From positions 6,684,184 through 6,748,183 of the forward strand of contig OZ316895.1 of the NCBI GenBank assembly GCA_973895155.1: a DNA stretch of 64,000 nt, read 5' to 3'. Under the pieces are notes generated by a model, which worked only from the letters and a program-made list of their open reading frames with translations, was not told the origin of the DNA and ran no database searches. The DNA is from Marsupella aquatica. Lineage: Eukaryota > Plantae > Marchantiophyta. The translations under genes and the position numbers were made by a program. Position 1 is the first letter of the stretch. Every line of letters begins with the position of its first letter. Of the stretch, positions 38,222-49,499 are shown one piece after another.

Positions 38222-41200
38222 AGTCTACACCTCTTCCAAATATGACATGGCCCACATCTTTCTTCCATCTGATGCTTCTAGGAACAAGGTCACGAACCCT
38301 TGATGTACGCTGACGGGTACATGTATTACTAGGCTGCCGTGTTCAAACTCGGACCACCTCTCGACCAATGTTTTCATTCCAACACATTGCAGCACATGCC
38401 ATGCGGGCTTCATGAGTCATGGAAAAATGAATCCTCTTCATAGCATATTTGTTGATGTTTCCATGAAATGTTTCACTGAAAAAGTTAGCTCGGGCTCTAG
38501 TGTAGAAGCGAACATTGATTGCAGTGACATTCTTAAGCAACCACTGCTTCAAAGCTCTATGTGTAGCACCCCCTGAAAAATCCACAAGATTCCATGTATT
38601 TGAAAATATTAGAAATCCCAAAAGATTGGGTAACAATCCAAACACATTATCCATCTCATAACTAAATACACAACCAAATTTAATAATCAATACACAATAC
38701 CTGCCGCATAGTATGGCATATAAGTTGCACCTTCCTCACAACACTTGCGAGGAAGAAAGCTTTTGCAAGGTTCATGGTTACCAGCCCAATGATCAGCTGC
38801 TGTGATGATCTCTTCAACCAACATGGTAGCATCATCATTTCCCCTGCTAGTAAGTAGTCATTACAATATAATTTGAGAGTTAGCTTAGTTCAAAAAATGA
38901 AAGAGTTCATTGCTCAAGCTAATTTCAATGCAATTTAATATCGTAGTTGCCAACCTACGTACCTTTCTTTTGCATTGCAGCAACAATAGTAGAACCAGCT
39001 CTTCAACTTATCACCAAGCTATTTTCTGTCAGTTCTGGATACTTCAATTGCCTCCTGGTGCGCAATGTGATGTCCTCCTCCGGAAACCCTTTGTCTTCCT
39101 ATGCGGTGCACCAACTCTGTCTTATTACCTGTATGCCTCAAATTTTGATTCTTGCACCAATTTGACAACACTTGAACTGTGAATCTGCCCAGTTCTTGCA
39201 AGGATATTGCACTATCAATCCCACCTGCAGGTGCTGTTTCTTTCACATTTGCTAGCTCTTTGTTAAACTGCTTCAGAAGATTCTTACATTTGTGCCATAG
39301 ATCCTTCTGGTTATCAACATTGAGCTCACGAAGAATAGCATCAACTGTGTTGTTATCATCGTGAACAACCTCACTAATTGTAACTCCAACATCCAGAAGA
39401 TGCTGCAGGGCACGACGAACACCAATTGCTTCAATAGCGCCTGAATTCCCAGCCTCAACTCGGTCAATTGTTACAAGCTCTACTACCTTACAAGTTGTCA
39501 TGTCTATGACAGGAACAGTGCCATGATATCCAGAACGTGATGAGTCCCAACGACAATCCACATATAAAATCATTGGAGTGGAACCTACAATTATCATAAA
39601 TCCATAAAATAATATTTAGAAACCAACATGTACATGCATCATGCTCTAACAACCTAGTATGTAATAAATTGATAATTCACCAATCAATCTGCTAACTAGA
39701 AAATGTTTAACTACAAAGAAGATTGACATACCATCTCTTTCTGCTAGGCTTCGTTGCAACCTTTGTTTCTTATCATTCCAAACTTGTAGTACTGCTGCAA
39801 TCCATCCAATGTCTCTTCGGGCTCTATTTTGAAATCGAAACCAATGGGTGTTTCTTGGAACATGAATTTTAATGTAAGAGAATAGTTCACATATGACATT
39901 GTGTGTTAGACCAGCAGAGAGAGCAGAGTGATAAATTAGTCCAGTGATTGCGGGTACACCTGTATTCACCAATAAAACTAGATGTCATACAAATATTAAA
40001 AGGAAACAAACAATATTAAATCAATTCAATACAAAAGTGAAAAACAATATTAATTTGAGCAGCTGACATACCTCTATGAAGTTCATTCTCTCCAGTCATG
40101 AAAGATTGTGTATGGCCTGATGGGCATTTCAACTTCAATATCCACAATTGATGATGGGTCACAATGTCCTCGACTGAATACTTACCAATGCAACCTTCAA
40201 CACGACAATCCACACGAAATTCCTGGAAAAATTCGCGAACCTTGCTTTTTTGCCAAAAAGCATACTCCACTAGAATCTCAGGGTCTGACTCATTTGTATT
40301 TTCTTGAGACGATGGCTCGTACTCAGAACTCGGGGGGGTCACTTCCACGGAAGTGACACATCACGTGCGACGAAGTATAGGCCCATTTAAATGGGTGTGG
40401 CGGAAGACTTCCAAAGTTTGGTGGAAGAACACATAGGGCATGTTTTATTGATTGGTCGACTTTAAAGAACACATAGGCCTATTTAATTGCAAAAAATACT
40501 TTCTATAAAGTTTTTAGGGGTTTTTTAATAAAAAATGACAAAATTTTAAGAAAGAAAGGGCTTTGCAAAAAAATATTTTTCACTTTAAAGTTAGGGGGGT
40601 CAAACCCTAAAACGTCGCACGCGATGTATGACCCTCCATATAGTGACCCCCCCGAGACTCAGAATCCAAATGAGAGTCAACTTCTACTTGCTCCAAAGAA
40701 GTAGATGCCTAGAAAAGCACACAATATTTAGCAAACTATGTAAAGATGCAATAAATAGAATATATATAATTAAAACTATGAATTGATGCCAATGACAGTC
40801 AATGGCAACATTGTGAAAAAATACAATACCTGAGTGTGATTCTCTTCAAATCCAGAATCCATGAAAACCATATTGTCTAACCCAAATGTAGTTGGATCAG
40901 CCACTTCTAGCAAACGAATGGCTTCATCTTCATTTGACATCTGTTAAGAGTTTAGGGTTCAACATTGTTTCTTAGTTGAAGGTACTAAGGTTTACATAAA
41001 ATGAATGCATTGTTTTATGTAAAGTAAAGGAACTTTCATCATTTGCATGACTTGTCATTTTATGGAACAAATGTAATACAAGCAAAAGGATTAAATTAAA
41101 CCCCTAAACAAAGTTACCTGGGAATTGGACATCACATAACCATTTTCCACGTCTATGTTGGAATCCGGAATGTGGTCTACATTCTCCTCTCCAGACTCCA

Positions 41201-41854
41201 TGTGGTCAAATAAATTAGTGTCCAAGTTTGAATCACCTTCCTCTTTGTCTGAAGGTGATTCCTCGTTAGGAATGGACTCGTCACCATTTGGAATGGCTGA
41301 CAGTGCACCACAAGATGGCTGCAAGAAAAATTAAAATAAAAACATGTGTCGACAATGATACTAAATCAGGATGTCCCAAAGACAAAACCTCTACATTTTG
41401 GATAACCCCAATTTTTAAAATACAGAAAAAAAGATGCTAGAAGAGGTTACTTGAATGAAAACCTAGAAAAACGAGGATTAGTGAAAGAAAGCAATATTGA
41501 AAGTAGAATGATAAATGATATCAAAAGTACCTCGGCGATGATCCCAAATGTTCCCAAGTCCTCTTCATTAGCAAGATGCTCATTATTTATCCATCCAAAA
41601 TCATTAGGACCCTCAAATACTGTTACTTCCTCTTCATTCCGTCTATGATGAGCGCTAATAGCAGCAGAGATTTGCATGGACATACCATCCATCAACCAAG
41701 CCACCACCTTCCCATGGGACATATTTAGGGCACCCTGTAAGTCATGGTATGTATGTATATGACTTACAGGAAGCCTAAATGCAACATTGCCCCCAACTCG
41801 GTGATAATCAATCCTTTGTGGTTGACGGACCATTTCTCCTACTCTGGCAACCAA
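38222..41854 (-). pseudogene. Kolobok-type DDE transposase, multi-exon, disrupted
   Basis: CxxxxC...CPSGH zinc-finger-like segment; YVDCRWDSSRSGYHGT (first D), VVHDD (second D), KDLWHKCK, SETFHGNINKYAMKRIHF (E), ARMACAAMCWNEN. These match the GDGRCDSPG / TDRH / DxWH / LExFH...KY.PKR pattern I recall for Kolobok transposases. Frameshifts near 39000-39100, a premature stop at 38343-38345 and a MITE insertion. True 5' end uncertain. Confidence 0.75.
40329..40656. mobile_element. MITE, 328 bp, inserted in a transposase exon
   Basis: TIR CTCGGGGGGGTCACT / AGTGACCCCCCCGAG; 8-bp TSD ACTCAGAA. Removing it restores the frame ...VDSHLDSEYEPSSQE. Confidence 0.92.
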
Positions 41855-43439
41855 AACAATACAATGTCAACATTATTTTGCAAATTATAAGTCGTTATAT
41901 TTGTCTAGTACCATGCTCACAAGAATGCACTTATGGAAAAAGATGCAAGAATTTAGTTAGTAGGTTCATACCTTCCCTTGCAACAAATGCAAATGCTCTA
42001 TGTGTAGCACCCAAGTGAGTGCCTTGCTACATGGCAAGTCCAAAACCAAATACCTTGCCAGACGGGAGGTCGCAAAAAAAAAAGTGGACCTTAGTCTCCC
42101 TCACCAAATCAGCATTTGACCCACACAAGTGTTCTAAAAACAAATTTGTGAGACTTATCACCCTCTAGGACGAGTCGAGGCTCCTTCCCTTTCCATGCCC
42201 ATCATAGTTCTCAATTGTCACGTCAACGGATTTGTCCTACATATCTTGCCACTACCGTGTACATTGTGTGTAAACCATGCCATCTTGCCCCCGATCTCGC
42301 CCCGACCCTGTACGTTGCCCCGACCCTGTAAGTTCTGTGTAAACCTAGAAATGCACGATAGAACTGGCCGACTCCCGTTTAGTGTAAGCCATGTTGACCC
42401 TACCGAAGTACGAGTCATTGTGTGTAAAACGATCGATCATTGCACCTGGAAGCTTCCTTCGTCATCTATGACTAACTTGAAGTGCATGGCCAGGAAGGAG
42501 AAGCATTGCCAATTCGCGATCCTCACAAACATTGTGATGGCTAGAGAAGGTTAGGAAATTTAGGTTCTATGAAACCGATTGTTTTCCCCTATCGTAGAGG
42601 GAGGATGTTCAGAGGTAGGATGTTGAGTATGAATCAAAGAATCAGCCGGCTATTGTGCTCAGTCACATCATGTGGTTTGAGTTGAATGTTCAAAAGTAAT
42701 GAAGCACAATGTTGCGGCCTTGCGAAGCTGTCATATCTTCTGGTTAGCAATGTGCAAACATCATTGGTCAATGAAAATGAGCAGATACGTAAATCAAGCA
42801 CAATCTGGCGGTAGAGACTGGAGAGTGTGACAGCTCGATTGCGCAATCGCAGCTTATATTAGAGCAATCCATAATATCACAGTAGCAGTTGTGCTTTGCT
42901 TGTCGGCTTTTGCCATTTCTGTCTCTAAATATACGGCAGCGCATGTCCAGTTTTTAGTTGGCTTTGACATTGTGAAGGTTCTCTATCCAAGTGACCAGTA
43001 AGCTTTGGCGATGGCGGGCAATAGCAAGTGAACGGAGTCTCTCCCAAGATCGAACGAGGATTGGTGATTGTTGATCATGGCAGACACCTAAAACATATCT
43101 CCTCTCCTCCTCTGCTTGACATGTCGGAAGTCCAGTCTACTTCTCTTTGAGTTGCTCTGTTTGAGTTGCCATTCTCACAACATATAATCAACTTCATATA
43201 GAGATCTCTCGACCAGAGTGGATTCTATTAGGGACTGCGCTTTCTATTCTTCTTTTCCCCGCTCATGCTCACCCATACGCCTTCATCAAACGTGGTTGAC
43301 TTGCTGTGATCTTTCAATCCGTGTCCGCAACCTCGATTACATGTTGAGTAGCTTGCAATCCGTGGCATTTGAATCTCCGGCTTGAAACGAAAACTTTACT
43401 GAGAAATGTGGGGGCTGAAGGTAGCAGGGAATTCGGATC

Positions 43440-44230
43440 TGAACAGTAGGGAATAGGGGAACAGCTCTCAGGATTTCGAATGGACAGCGGAAAAGAAATG
43501 GATATTGAAGTTTACAAATCCCGTTCCCTGCTGTTCAGACACCACTGGAGGCATCAGTGCGGGCTTGAATTGCAGGCTCAAATTGCGGGATCTGTCGGGC
43601 AGAACCCACTGTATTTTCAAAGCTTTGCCAGATAGACAGAGAGAGGATGCCAAATTGCCAAGTTCGCAGGACAGAGAGCTTCTTGAGAATCTTGAGGGAG
43701 CGCAAATGTTGATGAGTGTCGAGAGCAATTAGAAGCAAAGTAAATGCAGAGTTTGGATAATTATGGAGAGCTTTAGGCAATACTCCACAGGCAGAGTTCT
43801 TCCTTCATGTTCCGGTTATACTGCTATTGGCATGAGCCATTGCTCTTGTTCATATACTTGTCACTATGAATCAAAACGGGGAGACTTGAGTTTGCTTTTC
43901 CAGGTATCTGTACATATGCTCAATCGCAGCAGAGCAGGGCAGGGAGACAAGAAATAACAATGTAACCTTTTCGCCTTCTTGCTATTGAGACTGTGTCTTG
44001 CTGGACAAATTTGTGATCGATGTCATAAGAAGTGTAAACTTTGAACATAACAATAAAAATTGCTGGCTATAAACACCTCTGCGATCGACCTGTATTCCGG
44101 GACAATTTCAACAAGCGATGGACAATGTCCCATGTGCAAGAGCTGCTGGGAGTTATTGTGTGCCAAAGGATGACCCAATTTTGGTCGCGATACATTTTGG
44201 AGTTCAGAGAACACATGTGGCGATTCCACT
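43440..44230 (-). pseudogene. Probable degenerate leucine-rich-repeat gene fragment
   Basis: Plant-LRR-like pieces (LAHNNSQQL..MGHCPSLVEI; CELGNLASSLCLSGKAL...LPDRSRNLSL) in broken frames. Confidence 0.35.
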
Positions 44231-44685
44231 ATTCATTCAGCCGACAAACAGAATCCCCCATGTTGATTACAATAGCCTTTGAAGCCCAGCCCACTCACGA
44301 ACCTCCATGGCTATGGCAGCAGCCCACCACACTAACGAGCCACGGATAAGGAGGCCTTCACGCGAACAAGATACTGTTTGGTAAACCCAACTTGCTTTTT
44401 GGTGGACCCAGCATGTATTGCGGAGCCTGGCTGGGGCTACGGGCTCTGGCTGGGAGGCAGGAGCTGAGCCTTTGCTGGGCACCTCGTCAGAAAATGACCT
44501 GACCGTTACTTGGCTTATGTGGTATTTATACGGACAGTGGCGGTTTAAGGTCTCTCTGTATAGATATTCAATAAAACAAGGTGAAGGCAGAGTATAGGAG
44601 GGTAGGGTAAGGTCACTCAGAACAATATGATCACTGCTGACTGTATAGATATTCAATAAAACCATTGCGGAGAACAATATGAAAC

Positions 44686-44808
44686 AGTCACAATAGTTTA
44701 CTTTTACTTTAATTATTCATGCATGCATACTTCCAGGTTGTGCCAAAGTCACAATAGTGTACTTTTACTTTAACTATTCATGCATGCATACTTCCAGGTT
44801 GTGCCAAA
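44686..44808. repeat. 61-bp tandem duplication
   Basis: AGTCACAATAG...GTTGTGCCAA at 44686 and 44747. Confidence 0.93.
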
Positions 44809-45039
44809 CTTGAGCAAAATGTGACAAACAACACTAAATTATATATTTTGTGACTAAAAGACTTGCACTACTGGACCTACCGGTAGCTTCACTCCACCAA
44901 TGGCCAAATTGAACACTAGATTTAGATAGAATAATTATTTGTTTGCAAAGGAAATAGAATCTTTATTTTTCTCCATAAATAACAAATGAACATTAAATTT
45001 AGATAGTATATTTCTTTGCAAGGAAAACATAATCTTTCT

Positions 45040-45530
45040 TTTCACTTGATTGAAAACTATATACTATGTATCACAGTGCCCAAGGGGAAAAAAACACCTA
45101 ACCTGGCGAAGATCCCAATGGCAAAGCAGCCCCATGAAGGCCTGGGAGGAAAGAGGGAAAAGAGCCCAACACAAACAAGCCAAGGGGTCCCCAACCAAAA
45201 GCCAACAAAGGAACCAAGACAAAACAGTAACCTACAAAGGAACTATGAAAACTAACACCTTACTGAACGGGGGAATTGAAAAGTAAGGTAAAGCTCCAGG
45301 AGTAAACATTGAAAAGTAAGGTAAAGCTCCACGAGTAAACCACATAGGAGGGTCATAGGTAAAATTCCAATTGTAAACCACATAGGAGGGTCACAAAGCA
45401 GAACCTGCAGGGAGGCCGTAAAACAAATACTTGCATCAGCCCTATGAAGGAGGGTGAGAGCCTGGGCCCGCTGAAGAGCCACAAACACTTGCTGCCGAAA
45501 AAAGGTGGTGAAAATAGAAGAGGGGGAAAG
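45040..45530 (-). mobile_element. Probable LINE 3' tail
   Basis: Composition and organisation similar to the 16685-17000 tail; contains short internal tandem duplications. Confidence 0.35.
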
Positions 45531-46139
45531 GCCTTGGTACTCTCAATACAAAAAACCGCACACTCAGGCCTAAATCTGATTCAAATTCAGGACGGTAGGA
45601 TATGAATCATGTCCACTGACAACCTAAATCTTTGTTTTAACTTGAGTCTAGGAAGAAGTGTGGTTGTTTTCTCTAGCCTCTAGTCTATCACAAAAAATGA
45701 TATACAGCTAATTAATTGATTTCCAGATCATTAGTTTAGCTCTAAGCTTAGCTCCAAAAATGCCAGCATAAGTAATGCAAAAACTTATCAGACCATTTCT
45801 TAATTCTTTTGCAAAAACGTTTGTTTTGATGAAACAATCATTCAGGATCACCATTTTTTGCAAAATCTGAACAAGCTTATATATCATTCGTAGTCACACT
45901 TCTATTGTGATTCATCAACATGTTACTCCAAACTGTCCTCCTGACAATACTAATTGGATAAGTGCATAAATTACTATATGATGTTGTCCATGACACTTTT
46001 CAGCACATGTTTTTCATGTAACAATGCAAAATTGTACTAACTGGAAAGTGCATGTGCACACTTATGATGAAATAGCCCCCCCAAAAGCACTTACATATTT
46101 TGTCCTTTTAGCGATGTCAATTTGCACTTAAAGATGGTG

Positions 46140-47745
46140 CATAGCACACAAGCCCCGAATGTTGAGGTGTGGAGTGAGAAAGACAGGCAGCAGCAACTCC
46201 TTCATTATAAGACTCCTGAGTTTACGATGCCGTATCCCAACGGCATCAACACCTATGCCGCCAAGGGTAGCAAGGCCACACACGACTGGCTGGGTCTACG
46301 TCGACCATGCGCCTGTGGCCCATGAGTGTGCAAGTTCTTCACGTGGCTGTTTGTCCTGGACGATCAGATGGACGACACAGCACTCGGGATGAAGAGGGGG
46401 TCTTCGGTGCCACTGTGTTTCTTGAACTGCATCTGGTGGTCTTGTGTAACTTCCCCGATGAACCAGTTCTGCACAAAAACCTGATGAGGTTTCTCGATGA
46501 GTTTCCCAACTCTGAGCTCCGGGAGCAGAATCGGGAGTTCATCGACAGTACTTTATATTAAAGAGGGCAAAGACGTTCCGGTCGACACAGGTTGGGGGAC
46601 GAACTACGTCTTAACGTCTAGAATTAAAGTTATATATATCAAGTTCCAGCCAAACCTCAGAGTCTAAGCGAAACTTACTATTTTCAGAGTTAGCTAGCAT
46701 GACTAGAGGAACGTCGATCCAATCTGTTTTTGGATCCTAATCGTTGAATGCGATATGGATGGCAGTGTATGATGGAAAACTGGAGCCAACAGCAGCGGCC
46801 TTGGGCGACTTGTGGGCCAGCTGTGTGTGAGGACAACGCCACACGAATACAACTTTCGATTAGCACACACGATCCAGGATTACTTCCTAGGGAATCTGGA
46901 TGAGGCGAGAAATCGAGAGGATGAAACTATTCCTTCTATTGAATCTTATACGGTCATCCGTAGAGAGACGGGCGCTATCGAACCGACAATAGTAAGTGGG
47001 CTTCTTGCTTGATCATTAGTAGCTTTGTCGAAAGTTGAACCCTTGTATATATGCTAGCTTCACCATTCTTGACATCTAAAATGAACTCACTCATAAAGAT
47101 CTGGTGCAGTTTAAGTAAGTGGATCCACTTACGTAATCGTCGATCATGAGCTTAAATGATTTGTCCTCGAGAGAGGTACATAGCTCCATTGCTCCATCTT
47201 CCCAACAGACGACTTGAGCTTAAAACTGCAAAACCTTGGCTTGTAATGTCACTTCTTGGAACCTCACGACTGTAGCCAGCATCTAGCTTGATTGAGACTT
47301 TGGTGATTTGGTGCAAACAATGTAGTTAAGGACTTCAAGAGATTTTATGATTTTGATTTCAGGTAATGACCGACCTTTTCGAGGAGCAGTACTTGCCCAG
47401 CTAGCGATTTGTTCGAAAGTCCTCCAATGCAGCAAATGAGGGACGCAAGCAACGACATGGTTTGCTGGCATAACGATATAAGGTCCTTCACTAAGGTGTG
47501 TATCGCTTATAAATTACATATGCTGGATGGTTTTTGTAATAGCTAAAAATCCTTCATTTGATCAACATGGACAACTGAATTTGAGACATGTAGGACTCAC
47601 AATTAGTTGAAGTTTCGGCGCCGTTTGCCACGAGGTCATATAGTCTTGTATTTTTAATCTGAGCAAGTGTGTGCAGACTGTCAAGTTGGCTCCACTGAAA
47701 AAGTTAGTTAGTGGAGATTAGGTGTAGCCGTCGTGGTGGTCGTTC
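46140..47745 (+). pseudogene. MTPSL3 pseudogene
   Basis: Homologous to exons 1-3 and the introns of MTPSL4. The paralogous promoter and first codons are missing. About 83 bp are deleted near 46292, there are further small frameshifts, exon 3 (47363-47495) is 133 nt rather than 129 nt, and exon 4 is absent. Confidence 0.92.
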
Positions 47746-47808
47746 AGCCAATCAGGTTTTTCAGGGAAGCCCACATAGGTTTAGTATGTCGACTGGAGTC
47801 ATAATCAA

Positions 47809-47937
47809 ATGGAACTGACGAAGACCGATCAATACTTCGGCACCAGTGAGGTTAGGTATCGGGAGATCACTGATAACGAGCACATGTCTTGTGAAAAGCT
47901 TCCGTGCCTGAAACCCAATACCTGCATGTCTTAATGT
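47809..47937 (-). pseudogene. Inverted fragment of an MTPSL1-type last exon and 3' UTR
   Basis: Reverse complement reads IKTCRYWVSGTEAFHKTCARYQ* plus 3' UTR, nearly identical to about 4848-4983. Confidence 0.9.
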
Positions 47938-49499
47938 CAGAGCAAACCAAGGGACTTCATGCCCGCCTGGCTGCCGGACAGGAAAGCCATCGAGGTCTAG
48001 TGGGAATTGCGAGACTTGCTCATCGAGGAGAGGAGGAAAGCTCTTCAGTCAGGGAAGACAGAGCATCAAGCCACATCTGTGGACCCTCTGTTGGGGCTGC
48101 GAGATGGGAAAATCCAGAGCCCATTCGAGATCTTGAATGCAGATATTGTGTTGATCGATAGGCATTGAAGTTCTCACCTGTCGACACACAGGAACCGATC
48201 GAATTGCACTGAAATTGGAATATCGCACTGCAAGCCTCATCAACAATCCGCAGATCCACGAGAAGTTGGCAGCCCCGTTGATGTCTGCCGTTGTGGGCGA
48301 GAGAGTAGGGCAATTGAGGTGTGTCATCGTCAATTGCCCTACTTAGAGCTGTATCCAAAGAAGGTTTGTGGATGCAGCACTTCACGATTTGGCACTTCCT
48401 AGACGGGCGCTGGCAGCTACCAAGCTCGCAAGCTATGACATTCCGGATGCACCAGGACCACAAAGATCAGTTCAGAGAAGCTTTTTTTTTTCCTGGAATC
48501 GGGATGGAGGGGAGCGAGGGAGCGAGGGATGATGGAGGCGATAGGATTGATATATGCACGGGAGGGTAAGCAGCGATGGTGGGAGCGAAGGGGAGAAGAA
48601 ACCAAGAACGTTAAGGAAACCACAAAAAGGGAAGCAGCTAGCCAAAGCACAACATAAGGAAGACGGGACGACAGGTCGTCTCAAGACGGAACATCAGACA
48701 GTCAAACAGATAAGTATCCACACTCAGTATTTGAAGGCTGCAAGGATAACAATAGAATAAGCAGTGTCAGATCACGTGTATACACATCCAAAGCCAAAAT
48801 TGACTAAAACATGTTGGTGACTACAGGAATGTTGACGCATTCAAAAGGATAAGACGCAAACAACATTCAAACCTTCACAAACATGACAAGACATAGACAC
48901 CAAGAATTGACACAGCGGGAGCATCAGAAACAAACAAGGAAAGTGACTATTGAGTGGACAAAGGACAGTCAGAAAAGCAGACAAAGGTAAAAAACACAAA
49001 ACCAACAAAAAAAAACCACACCATAACACGCAAAAAATAGAGAGTTAAAATGCTGCAAAATGTTAGGTACAAACGAACACATACTCAGGGAAGCGGTTCT
49101 ACAGAAGATAAAAAACAAAATCAAAACAAGAAAGTAAAAAGGATACGAGAACAAAAATATCCCATGCATGGAGCAGACACGGAACTATTCAAGCATATTC
49201 AAGAAACTTAACATACAGACGCGCGCGTGGTTTATTCTAGCTAACGATAAATGTCAGACAAACTAATCAGACAAAAAGTACTGACGATCCAAGAACCGGA
49301 GGGGTAGAAAACAACAACACCAGGTTAAGAAAGAAACATACACACAAAGAACAAATACGCACAAAGCAATCATTCACCAGAAAAGCTAGAAGAGTGAGGC
49401 AGAAAGTCATACGAATCTAAGCGAAATTTTCAGAACGGAATGTGAGCTAGTAATCAGACTCATCGACTATGGACACAATTCCATTGACGTAGAATCTTC

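Larger units (their letters stand above)
33982..44544. mobile_element. 10.6-kb TIR DNA transposon with TTAA flanks, Kolobok-like, carrying gene-fragment cargo
   Basis: Perfect 13-bp TIR ACCGCCACTGTCC / GGACAGTGGCGGT, with TTAA at 33978-33981 and 44545-44548. Joining the flanks gives ATGATGC-TTAA-GGTC...AACAAGGTGAA...GGAGGGTAGGGTAA, collinear with the MTPSL1 3' flank (ATGATGC-TTCA-GGTC at about 5070-5085, then 5125-5185). Confidence 0.85.

Noticed and set aside
35918-42886. GCTACTGTG / CACAGTAGC as inner TIRs of the transposase module, splitting the P450 start
   Set aside because: Only 9 bp, no TSD, and joining the flanks does not restore the P450 reading frame.
47940-49480. Gene or LTR-retrotransposon leader
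   Set aside because: Compositionally biased with several overlapping ORFs, but no recognisable motif, LTR pair or convincing PBS.
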